DNA from: Candidatus Hermodarchaeota archaeon
GTDB taxonomy: Archaea > Asgardarchaeota > Heimdallarchaeia > Hodarchaeales > Hodarchaeaceae
Reading direction: 5' to 3'
Assembly (NCBI GenBank): GCA_048886185.1
Contig: JBHLKY010000025.1
Coordinates: forward strand, 21,125 to 53,124
Length of the DNA: 32,000 nt
Position numbers and translations under genes: made by a program. Below the pieces are notes generated by a model. That model was not told the origin of the DNA. It saw only the letters and a program-made list of their open reading frames with translations, and did no database searches. The stretch's first letter is position 1, and each line of letters starts with the position of its first letter. Below are positions 1 to 8,821 of the stretch, in pieces.

Positions 1-2652
1 TATTCCCAATGGTATTTTAAAAAGCTGACTTAATTCCTTTGCACTAGAAGAATTCACAAGTGGTGTAGTTAATAATATTAAGTCAGCTGGATAACTCCGA
101 TTCTCTCCAGTAAACATGTTATGGAATGATATTGTGATTTCAGCATCATTGATATTTACGTTGGGTTTCTTATCCTCTTCATATCGAATGAAATATACTT
201 GTGGAAGTTTACGTACTTCTCGATAATAGTCTTCAGCAGATATTTCAACCAATCGAAGGTCTTGATGTAGAATGTAAATATGAGCGTTTGGATAGCTTTG
301 ACGTAATTTTTTTGCTGTTTTTAGAAGAGCTGCACATCCAACTCGACAACAATATGTTCGATTATCATTACCTTCTTTCTCTTTAGACCCAACGCAGCTT
401 ATTAGAAATATATTACTTATCTTTTTAGGTTGTTTATTTTTCTTAAGAGCCTGTTCAAATTCTAGTATAGTCATTATGTTTTCATGATGGGAATAGCCAT
501 AATATCCTACTGGTTTGAATTCTTCACCACCAGTTGCTATAATAACGGTTCCCACATCGATTGTTTTGTTGTTTTTGCCTGATAGAGTAATTTCAAATTT
601 CCCGAAGTATCCTCCAACATTTTCAATCTTCGTATTTAGGTAGATGTTAATTTTTGGATTATTAGATATAAGACTGATTTTTTCTTTAAGTAAATCTTCA
701 GCATATTGATCCGTAGGGAATAAAGTCGTTAGTTTATGTAAAAATCCCCCTAATTGTTTCTCTTTCTCCACTAAATGAACGATAAACCCCATATTTGCAA
801 GATTATTCGCAGCAGTTATTCCTGCGATTCCTCCACCAATAATTAGTGCTTCTGGAATCACTTTAATTTGCTTTTTTGCAGCTGGTTCAAGTAATCGTGC
901 TTTAGCAACTGCCATATTTACAAGAACTTTGGCTTTATCAGTAGCATTTTCCCAATCATGGGAATGCACCCAAGAGCATTGGTCCCGGATATTTGCCATC
1001 TCAAAAAGATATTCATTCAAACCTGCTTCCTTACAGGTTGTTCGAAATAATGACTCATGAGTTCTTGGAGAACATGAAGCAACAACAATCCTGTTAAGAT
1101 TATATTCTTGAATAGCATTCTTTATGAGAGTCTGATTTGCATCTGAACAAGTAAAAAGATTATTTGTAGCAAATTCAACATTAGGCAAACCTTTTGCATG
1201 TTCTGTTACTTTTTCAACATCAAGGTACCCCCCAATATTATGACCACAATGACATATAAAAACTCCAATTCGTGGTTCCTGATCAATTATATCTTGTGAT
1301 TTGATTGATATTTCTTCAGCTACTTCTTTAGAGACTCTAAAATCATTTCTATTTATTACAGCCAAAGCCTTTGAAGCAGCTCCACTTGCTTGGGAAACTG
1401 AATCTGGAATGTCTCTTGGACCCGCACTACAACCACAAAGATAGATACCATCAACTGTGGTTTCTAACGGTGCAGATACGGGATCTTTTTCCCTAAAGAA
1501 GCCATAATCATCAAGTTCCACTCCTAAAATTTCTGATAATCTCTTATTGCTTGCTGGGGCTTTAATGGCCGATGATAAAACCACTAAATCCACCTCTAAC
1601 TCTGCAGCCTTCCTTTTAATAATGTCTTCATAGAATATGATTAAATTATTATTACTTTTTTGATTAATCTCTGCTGGACGACTCCTTATGAAGTTGATAC
1701 CAATTTCATGTTTTGCTCGCTGATAGTATTCTTCAAAGCCTTTTCCATATGCTCGCAAATCCATAAAGAAGATGTAAGGTGTGATTTCAGCATGATGTTC
1801 CTTTGCAATCATTGCTTGTTTTGTTGCCCACATACAGCATACGCGAGAACAATAAGGTTGATTTATTGTAACATCGCGAGAACCTACACATTGAATCCAT
1901 GCAATGGTTCTAGGGATTTTTTTATCTGAAAGGCGACGAACTTGACCTTCTGTTGGTCCTGAGGCAGATAATAACCGTTCAAATTGCATTCCTGTTATAA
2001 CATTAGGATAAATACCATATCCTAGATTATATTTCACAGTTGGGTTAAATTCTTCAAAGCCTGTGGCTACTATAATCGCATCTACATTAATTTCCAGTAT
2101 TTCAGGCTTCTGGTCACGATCAATAGCTTTAGGAGCACAAACTTTCTCACATTTACCACAATTTTTGCAAAGATCTTTATCAATAGTTGCAACATTAGGT
2201 ACTGCTTGAGCAAAATATCTATAGATAGCTCTACGGGTACCTATATTGTGATCAAATTCATTAGGGATTTTTACTGGACAAACTTCAAAACAAGCTCCAC
2301 ATCCCGTACACTTCTCAGTATCAACATAACGAGGGTGTTTTTTTATAATGACTTCAAAATTTCCTTTAAATCCATTAACTTTTTCGACAGTAGCATATGT
2401 TATAAGTTCAATGTTTTGATTACGACCTACTTCGACCATTTTGGGAGCTTCAATGCATATTGAACAATCATTTGTAGGGAGGGTTTTATCAAGTTTTGCC
2501 ATCGCCCCCCCAATTGCAGGGGCAGAATCTACTAAATAAACATGGATCATTTGGTTAGCCATATCGAGTGCAGCTTGCATACCTGCTATCCCTCCACCAA
2601 TAACTAAAACTCCACCAGTAGTCTCCGTTTTTTCGAAGTTATTTTTTGTCAT
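1..2652 (-). CDS. hdrA: Large tandem HdrA-like flavo-iron-sulfur protein (two HdrA modules), truncated at window edge
   Basis: Hand-translated: at least 884 codons with no stop, from ATG 2652 (in-frame alternative ATG 2664) to base 1. Module 1: VLVIGGGIAG, DKTLPTNDCSIC, CTGCGACFEVCP, CKNCGKCEKVCAP, QCVGSRD, YCSRVCCM, GPRDIPDSV. Module 2: IGVFICHCG, ASCSPRTHE, NIRDQCSWVH, ALIIGGGIAG, SCVGS, YCCRVGC. Confidence 0.92.
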   Translation of the reverse strand, partial: MTKNNFEKTETTGGVLVIGGGIAGMQAALDMANQMIHVYLVDSAPAIGGAMAKLDKTLPTNDCSICIEAPKMVEVGRNQNIELITYATVEKVNGFKGNFEVIIKKHPRYVDTEKCTGCGACFEVCPVKIPNEFDHNIGTRRAIYRYFAQAVPNVATIDKDLCKNCGKCEKVCAPKAIDRDQKPEILEINVDAIIVATGFEEFNPTVKYNLGYGIYPNVITGMQFERLLSASGPTEGQVRRLSDKKIPRTIAWIQCVGSRDVTINQPYCSRVCCMWATKQAMIAKEHHAEITPYIFFMDLRAYGKGFEEYYQRAKHEIGINFIRSRPAEINQKSNNNLIIFYEDIIKRKAAELEVDLVVLSSAIKAPASNKRLSEILGVELDDYGFFREKDPVSAPLETTVDGIYLCGCSAGPRDIPDSVSQASGAASKALAVINRNDFRVSKEVAEEISIKSQDIIDQEPRIGVFICHCGHNIGGYLDVEKVTEHAKGLPNVEFATNNLFTCSDANQTLIKNAIQEYNLNRIVVASCSPRTHESLFRTTCKEAGLNEYLFEMANIRDQCSWVHSHDWENATDKAKVLVNMAVAKARLLEPAAKKQIKVIPEALIIGGGIAGITAANNLANMGFIVHLVEKEKQLGGFLHKLTTLFPTDQYAEDLLKEKISLISNNPKINIYLNTKIENVGGYFGKFEITLSGKNNKTIDVGTVIIATGGEEFKPVGYYGYSHHENIMTILEFEQALKKNKQPKKISNIFLISCVGSKEKEGNDNRTYCCRVGCAALLKTAKKLRQSYPNAHIYILHQDLRLVEISAEDYYREVRKLPQVYFIRYEEDKKPNVNINDAEITISFHNMFTGENRSYPADLILLTTPLVNSSSAKELSQLFKIPLGI

Positions 2653-2700
2653 TATCTTCGGCATTTTAGTTACATCTACTTGAAAAATGCTTTTTAATAC

Positions 2701-3129
2701 TCAAAACCAATTTTGATTGGCAATTCTACCTTCTTTTTCATCTTTTATGATTTCAATGACATCTTTTACTACATCTTGGGGATTAAACTTGTTTTTCACA
2801 ATCCTCACTCCCCTTTTGTGTCGAATTATTGGAAAAACGTTTGAATAATTTTCATAGATGGGAATAATTTCTAATCCTGAATTAAAAGCTAAATTGACTT
2901 CTTCACACATCTCTATGACATTTTGGGCTTCTTCTGAACAGAAAAAAATACAAACATCAATCAGATTATTAGAGAAATTAAGGCACCTACAAAGGCTGTC
3001 TTTATCCCTATCAGTTTCACACAAGATAATTCTATCAAAATCCGAATAAGTTTTGATTTCTTCAATGAAATCAAGAACTTTCCAACTTTGCTTGTCCTTT
3101 TCGCTATAACTAATAAATAAGTTTAACAT
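2701..3129 (-). CDS. Stand-alone TIR-domain protein
   Basis: LFISYSEKDK start, hydrophobic strand DVCIFFCS, EMCEEVNLA helix carrying the Glu typical of TIR NADases, IIPIY strand. ATG 3129 preferred over the track start 3153, which overlaps the upstream gene. Confidence 0.75.
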   Translation of the reverse strand: MLNLFISYSEKDKQSWKVLDFIEEIKTYSDFDRIILCETDRDKDSLCRCLNFSNNLIDVCIFFCSEEAQNVIEMCEEVNLAFNSGLEIIPIYENYSNVFPIIRHKRGVRIVKNKFNPQDVVKDVIEIIKDEKEGRIANQNWF

Positions 3130-3142
3130 TTTTTTTCTTCCT

Positions 3143-4375
3143 TTATGATTCATCCTCTAAAGCGGATAGGAGTCTTTGTTGAGCAATATCTTTAGCTATT
3201 ATCCGTGGGATGAGGCCAGAATCAATTATTTTTTCACTAATTAATTTAACATTCTTCTTGATTTTTGATTCAATTAATACAAAAGCTTCTGTAGCATCCA
3301 TTTTTCGATACTCAGCAAAAGAACCAATAATCCCTCCAGCATTGACGAGAATATCAGGGAGAATAATTATACCTTTTTCAAATAATTTTCTTTCAGCATC
3401 AGGAGTTGAACTATTATTAGCTCCTTCAACAATCAATTTTGTTTTAAGTTGAGAACTAGTATCCTCATTTACTGCACAATCATATGCACAGGGAATAAAT
3501 ACATCACATTCTATTTTATAAATCTCGTCTCTGGGTAAAATCATACCCTCTTTCGAACGTTTTAAGGAACGTTCTTTACTCATAGCATATGCAGATCCTC
3601 TAATCTTTGTTATATCGATACCTTCTGGATTATAGAGTGTTCCCCAGTTGTCATTAACAGCAACTATATGTGCCCCTTTACTATTCAAATATTTAGCAGT
3701 TCCATAACCTACCTTACCAAAACCTTGGATTACTACACGTGTTTCAGATAAACAATGAGGACATTTAATTGAATCATGTAGAACTTGAAGGCTTGTTTCA
3801 AGAGCGACTCCAATTCCGAATCCAGCCATATCATTTTTATAAGCAATTCCACCAAGGTCAGTTGGTTTTCCAGTGGCTCCTAGTAGATCACCAACAGTTT
3901 CAACAAAAGCTGCAATTTCCTTTTCACCAACATTTATGTCTGGACCAGCTATATATCTGTTAGGAACAAAAGGTGCTATTTTATCTGCAAAAGCTTTAAT
4001 ATACTTGATTGAGTCAATTTCATATGGATTTGCACGAATACCAGCTTGTGCTCCTCCAAATGGGATTTCTGCTAAAGCACACTTCCAAGTCATTAATCTA
4101 GCGAGTTTAAAAATACCTAAAGGAGTAATTGTAGGAGAAATTCTAATTCCTCCCTTCCCTGGGCCTAATGTAGTATTATCAATTATTAAGTACCCTTGCA
4201 TCGATATATCAGGATCATAGACTTGAACTACTTTTTCAGGCCCCCATTTATCTAGAAAAGCTGAAATATTAACATTATTTAATGCATCAAGAATATTTTC
4301 ACTGCTTAGTATTGTTTTCTCATCGTGAGAAGACATTTTTGACTTCTCCATCAGCTTTAATCCATCTAGATTCAA
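3143..4375 (-). CDS. Glu/Leu/Phe/Val dehydrogenase family protein with catalytic Lys replaced by Gln
   Basis: GPGKGGIR, MTWKCA, PFGGAQAG, GPDINV, TGKP, VIQGFGKVG, EGAN, PDILVNAGG. The real start is probably ATG 4336 (GGAG upstream) or 4351; the track start 4375 is TTG. Confidence 0.9.
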   Translation of the reverse strand: MNLDGLKLMEKSKMSSHDEKTILSSENILDALNNVNISAFLDKWGPEKVVQVYDPDISMQGYLIIDNTTLGPGKGGIRISPTITPLGIFKLARLMTWKCALAEIPFGGAQAGIRANPYEIDSIKYIKAFADKIAPFVPNRYIAGPDINVGEKEIAAFVETVGDLLGATGKPTDLGGIAYKNDMAGFGIGVALETSLQVLHDSIKCPHCLSETRVVIQGFGKVGYGTAKYLNSKGAHIVAVNDNWGTLYNPEGIDITKIRGSAYAMSKERSLKRSKEGMILPRDEIYKIECDVFIPCAYDCAVNEDTSSQLKTKLIVEGANNSSTPDAERKLFEKGIIILPDILVNAGGIIGSFAEYRKMDATEAFVLIESKIKKNVKLISEKIIDSGLIPRIIAKDIAQQRLLSALEDES

Positions 4376-4651
4376 TATTAATTAAAAAAAAAGAACATAA
4401 AACTATTATGTACAAAATTAATAAAAAAAATCTCATTACTGACAAAAAATGAAATTAATCTATATCAAAAATGATATTAAGAGTTCTATATTTTTATTTA
4501 ATGGTTCATAAAAAAGGATACATAGAGTATCTAGCACATTATTTTTCACAAATTTGATACAATTTAAAAAATTTATGTTCCAAAATGATTAAATCTATAT
4601 TTATCAATTTTATATTACTAGAATTAGACGAAAAAAAGATGAATTGTATGG

Positions 4652-5734
4652 ATGGATTTCTGTTTCATGAGAAAGATTCTTGAAGATCAAATGAACCTAA
4701 AAATTTTAGAATTAGTATGTGCGGGTGAAGGAGTTACTGCTAATACTACTGAGCTTTCAAAAATTCTAGGTAAACATAGAAATACAATAAAAAATAATAT
4801 TGATAAGCTTTTTGAACACAAAATTATAGAAAAACCTTTTTATCCTTTCTCTTATCTTTTCAAAGAATGGCCTCTTCTTGTCATTGAAAAAGCGACTTTT
4901 CAAAGAAATTTGAAAACAAACGTATTTATTGAAAAGGATCCAGTTATATGGGCAGCTTTTTTTGTCAAGGAAAATGAATATAATACATTATTAATTGAAT
5001 TTCATAAGGACCTACATTCTTATCAAAATTGGAAAGAAAGTATAATCACAGAGGCAAAAATTACTCTCAAGGAAGAAATTTATCCTTCAGAAGCATATTT
5101 TTTAACAATGAAAAATCTGATTAAATATGATCCAACTATCGCAGTTCAAATACTAGAAATTAATTATAAGAATCAACATCATACAGTATTAAATGGATTA
5201 AGAATTAATGACTTCAGACTTGAACTCATTAAACTTCTTTTAAATGGGAAAGGGATTAGAACTAATGAATATCACATAAGTGAAATACTTAATGTCCATC
5301 GACGTACTGTTAAACGTCGGATTGATAAATTGTTGGATCATAGAGTAATTGATAATCCAGTTTGTTGTTTCCCTCGAGTTTGGGTACCACCAGAATACTT
5401 TTTGGTCTTCTCTCTCTTTGAAATAAAAAATAAGAAGGAATTATTATTGAGAGCATTAAAAAATGATCCACATATACCAATTCTTTTCAGAGCCATAGTA
5501 GATAGATTTAATCTTGCTTTATTTGGCAATTTTTACAAAATGGAAGATTTTTTAGAGTGGGCTGAGGAATATGATCAAAGATTTCCAGGATGTATTGGAG
5601 CCGTGAAAAATACATTTCTCTCACCCTCCATGACATTCTCCATTGCCCATAACTATGTTACTCTCACTTTTCTTCAGAATATTGCTAATCGTTTACGAGG
5701 TAAGGCTTTTGTAGAAATGATGAAAGAAAAGTAA
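4652..5734 (+). CDS. Transcriptional regulator with two tandem wHTH + Lrp/AsnC-like ligand-binding units
   Basis: Internal duplication: ELSKILGKHRNTIKNNIDKLFEHKIIEKP vs HISEILNVHRRTVKRRIDKLLDHRVIDNP, each followed by an alpha/beta effector-like domain. Divergent from the dehydrogenase gene across an AT-rich spacer. Confidence 0.7.
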   Translation: MDFCFMRKILEDQMNLKILELVCAGEGVTANTTELSKILGKHRNTIKNNIDKLFEHKIIEKPFYPFSYLFKEWPLLVIEKATFQRNLKTNVFIEKDPVIWAAFFVKENEYNTLLIEFHKDLHSYQNWKESIITEAKITLKEEIYPSEAYFLTMKNLIKYDPTIAVQILEINYKNQHHTVLNGLRINDFRLELIKLLLNGKGIRTNEYHISEILNVHRRTVKRRIDKLLDHRVIDNPVCCFPRVWVPPEYFLVFSLFEIKNKKELLLRALKNDPHIPILFRAIVDRFNLALFGNFYKMEDFLEWAEEYDQRFPGCIGAVKNTFLSPSMTFSIAHNYVTLTFLQNIANRLRGKAFVEMMKEK

Positions 5735-6097
5735 TATTCTAAAGCGATTTGTTAGAACAAATATTTTAATCCCTTTATTTGGTTTTGTTATAATTGAAGT
5801 GTACCATTCACCTCATTAAAAATGATAGAAGATATATTAACAAAAGTTTAGACCATATTTATTAAATTAGAATATCTCCATTATCATTTCTGTGCTGCAT
5901 CAGGAGTTTCATGTCCTAGAGTACCACACTGACCTTCTTCAGAAATCTTAGGTTTTTGATTGAAACTCAATTATCTTAGGAAATAACAAATTAACAATAT
6001 TCTCTTTTTTCAATTCAGTCAAAATGATCTTAGTAAAAAACCTTAGAATATAGCAAGGGGTCAATTAAACAATTCTTTTATGTTTTATTAGCAATTC

Positions 6098-6556
6098 TTA
6101 TTTTTGCTTTAATATTTCTAATGCCTTTACAGCTCCAAGTATAATTGCTTCTGGTTTAGGTGGGCACCCTGGAACTTTGATATCAGTATTAACAAGATTA
6201 ACTACAGGAGCGCGAACAGAATACCCATCTTTAGCAAAAATACCTCCACTACACGCACATGTCCCAATTGCAACAACAACTTTCGGTTCTGGGACTTGAC
6301 TAACTACCCTCTTAAAGGATTCTACTAATTGTGCTGGAACAGTTCCAGTTACTAATAGAATATCACTATGGCGCGGATTATTCATTAATTTCATGCCAAA
6401 ACGTTCAATGTCATATCGGGGAGTAATACAAGCAGCAACTTCAATATCACAGCCATTACAACCACCACAAGGCATATGGTAAACCCAAGGAGACTTTTTC
6501 CGTGCCCACGAAATAATTTTATCAAGAGATCCGAAATTCTTCTTGTTTTTTATCAT
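6098..6556 (-). CDS. Group 4 [NiFe] hydrogenase small subunit (HycG/EchC/NuoB-like)
   Basis: SPW...CGGCNGCDIE, NPRHSDILLVTG, IGTCACSGG, VPGCPPKPE; GAGGT upstream. Confidence 0.93.
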   Translation of the reverse strand: MIKNKKNFGSLDKIISWARKKSPWVYHMPCGGCNGCDIEVAACITPRYDIERFGMKLMNNPRHSDILLVTGTVPAQLVESFKRVVSQVPEPKVVVAIGTCACSGGIFAKDGYSVRAPVVNLVNTDIKVPGCPPKPEAIILGAVKALEILKQK

Positions 6557-6567
6557 TAAATTCTACC

Positions 6568-7230
6568 TCAATGCCTTAAAGTGGCATAATCCATCACTAA
6601 AACGGATCCAGTTGCTTTATATTGCCCATTTATGACTGATACGAAAATTATAGCGATGAAAATCTGTAGTCCGTTTAGTATAATCGATATTGCTGGTGTC
6701 ACAAGACCAAGTGAATTGATTACAATATGTGCTCCATTTTGGATAGCCAATAAACCAACTCCTGTCTTAAAGAGATTATTCTCTGTAATCACTAGAGCAA
6801 AACCAAGAATCAAAATCATACTTCCCAAAGTAAGAACTGAAATTTCTATCTGAGAGGTTATTATAGTAGGAAAGACATTCATGATAACGAAATAGCAGGA
6901 TCCGAGAACAACGAGAAAGATTTCATAAACTACCATGGAAGAAAAGATCTTTCGGGTTGGTTCATTTGTAGTTTTATAAATACACACCCATAAGATACTA
7001 GCGGAAATGATGACTGAAAGAATTGTTACGATGTTGGATATCACATGAGGACTGATGATCAAGCTATTATCCTCCATCTCAAGGCTCAAATAAATATTGG
7101 AAAGTAATAAGGTAACTATCATCCAATAGAGGCTGTTAGTTGGTCGTTTAGCCTGGTAGGAGAAAATACCTGGTATATTAAGCATAAGGGCCATAAGTAG
7201 ATTTAATTGGAGAAATGCCATTATCAACAC
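6568..7230 (-). CDS. hyfE: HyfE-like (NuoJ/K-related) membrane subunit
   Basis: Several hydrophobic helices. C-terminal half NNLFKTGVGLLAIQNGAHIV...GSVLVMDYATLRH parallels HyfE (RNILRQIFGYCLMENGSHLV...GTLDVNNLTALKG, recalled from memory). Lies inside the hydrogenase operon. Confidence 0.7.
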   Translation of the reverse strand: MLIMAFLQLNLLMALMLNIPGIFSYQAKRPTNSLYWMIVTLLLSNIYLSLEMEDNSLIISPHVISNIVTILSVIISASILWVCIYKTTNEPTRKIFSSMVVYEIFLVVLGSCYFVIMNVFPTIITSQIEISVLTLGSMILILGFALVITENNLFKTGVGLLAIQNGAHIVINSLGLVTPAISIILNGLQIFIAIIFVSVINGQYKATGSVLVMDYATLRH

Positions 7231-7788
7231 CTAATACAGTTTTTTTATATGTAAACCTAATTCATTTGCTTTCATTTTACGACATTTTGGGCAGTAAAGA
7301 CGGGCTATTTCAAATTCATTACGAATGATTTTTCTCTTGTTCTCATCTATAATTGGTGTATCCTCGAGTTTCTTTTGTATCCAATCAAGATGTTTAATTG
7401 TTGCAAAAGATTCCTTACAGTTTTCACATAACTGCATATCAAGGATTATTATTAATTCAGAAGTATCCTGATCAGCTTGAACACTCATATCAAAAACCTG
7501 ACTCATTTCTAATGATTCTGTTGGACAGCTTTTTACACATGTTTCACAAAAAATACATGCTCCAGGATCATAATATAAATACCTTTTACTCTCATTATCA
7601 ACGAATTTATAAGCAAAGGAAGGACATACTTGTAAACAGGCACCACAGCCAATACATGTATCTTGGTCAAGCTGAACTTTACCCTTGAATCCTTTTGGTA
7701 AATGATCAGGCGGAGAAGCGGGAAATTTAGTTGTAGAAGGATTTAAGAATGATTTAAAGACCTCTACTACTGTTTTAATATTTGGCAT
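7231..7788 (-). CDS. 2x[4Fe-4S] hydrogenase subunit (HycF/NuoI-like) with C-terminal CxxC...CxxC metal site
   Basis: T-x-x-FP start motif (TTKFP), CIGCGACLQVCP, CIFCETCVKSCP, plus CENC and CPKC. Confidence 0.9.
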   Translation of the reverse strand: MPNIKTVVEVFKSFLNPSTTKFPASPPDHLPKGFKGKVQLDQDTCIGCGACLQVCPSFAYKFVDNESKRYLYYDPGACIFCETCVKSCPTESLEMSQVFDMSVQADQDTSELIIILDMQLCENCKESFATIKHLDWIQKKLEDTPIIDENKRKIIRNEFEIARLYCPKCRKMKANELGLHIKKLY

Positions 7789-7819
7789 ATGGGATTCTCC
7801 TTAAACTCTTGTTAAAATT

Positions 7820-8821
7820 TCAAATATTTGTAGTGATAACTAGTAAAAGTGGATCTACAAGTGCTAAAACAACAATGCTTGTGAGGACTATTTTAAATGC
7901 TTGATCTATTCTAAATCGTGGACTAATTGCATCAATGAAGCTTATTACAAAAACTAACCCAAAACATTTAATGAGAAAAACAATAATATTAAGAGGAACT
8001 TGAAGATTATTACCACCACCAAGGAAAATAAGTGTGAAAAGACCAGAAAAAGCAAACCACATAATATATTTTGTAACCACGATCAAACCTAGAAGAGCTC
8101 CACTGTATTCTGTGAGTGGGCCATCTATAATTTCCTGACGGGCCTCAACCATATCAAAAGGACGAATACCAAGCTTAACAATTAAACAAACCAGAACTGC
8201 GACGGCTGCGAATGGAAATTTAAAGATGAACCACATAGAATTGGTTTGTACCTCCTCAATTGCCGCAAAGTTGAAAGCACCGAGAATATTCTGTTGTAAC
8301 ATAAATAAGCTTGGTGTCAATAGAGCGAGGGCAAGTGGTAATTCAACCGCAATGATCATAGATCCCTCTCGACTTGCGCCAACTGTTGAAAATGGATTAC
8401 CTGAAGCTGTACCACCAATAATTAGTCCAATAGCTGGAAAGAGTAAGAATGTTATTACTAGGACTAGATCTCCGTACTCTAGCAATTCACCTAGTCCACT
8501 CAGAAATGATTCTCCAAGTAGTCTGATTGGAAAAAGAAGGCATACCATATATGCCCCTGTTAGAGCAATTAAGGGACCCAAATAAAAGTAAAAACGATTC
8601 GCTGTTACTGGTACTATCTGATCTTTAGAGAAAAGTTTGAGGAGATCACTCCAAGACTGGCTGAATGGGGGACCACGCCGAGATTGAAAACGAGCTATTA
8701 CCTTTCTGTTGAACCAGGACATTACTCCTCCAAAAAAGATGGCACCTATCAGGCCTGGGAAGATCAATATGTCAAATGTTAAATATATTAGATCAATCAG
8801 GATATTAATAATTTCACTCAA
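7820..8821 (-). CDS. Membrane subunit HycD/NuoH-like
   Basis: RKVIARFQSRRGP, DLLKLFSK, NPFSTVGASRE, PFDMVEARQEIIDGPLTEYSG, PRFRIDQ. Confidence 0.93.
   Translation of the reverse strand: MSEIINILIDLIYLTFDILIFPGLIGAIFFGGVMSWFNRKVIARFQSRRGPPFSQSWSDLLKLFSKDQIVPVTANRFYFYLGPLIALTGAYMVCLLFPIRLLGESFLSGLGELLEYGDLVLVITFLLFPAIGLIIGGTASGNPFSTVGASREGSMIIAVELPLALALLTPSLFMLQQNILGAFNFAAIEEVQTNSMWFIFKFPFAAVAVLVCLIVKLGIRPFDMVEARQEIIDGPLTEYSGALLGLIVVTKYIMWFAFSGLFTLIFLGGGNNLQVPLNIIVFLIKCFGLVFVISFIDAISPRFRIDQAFKIVLTSIVVLALVDPLLLVITTNI

Noticed and set aside
1-2664. Selenocysteine (in-frame TGA) as the reason hdrA is missing from the ORF track
   Set aside because: Full hand translation found no in-frame stop; the ORF simply runs off the window. 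HdrA, MvhD and MvhA in the track also use Cys at the sites where Sec occurs in other archaea.
4586-4595. TGATTAAATC copy linking the GDH/regulator spacer to the repeat at 31879
   Set aside because: A 10-nt AT-rich match is unremarkable in 32 kb of this composition.
5884-5970. 28-aa TTG ORF, or a SECIS-like element, downstream of the hydrogenase operon
   Set aside because: No RBS or recognisable motif, the spacing does not fit a SECIS, and no Sec codon exists nearby.
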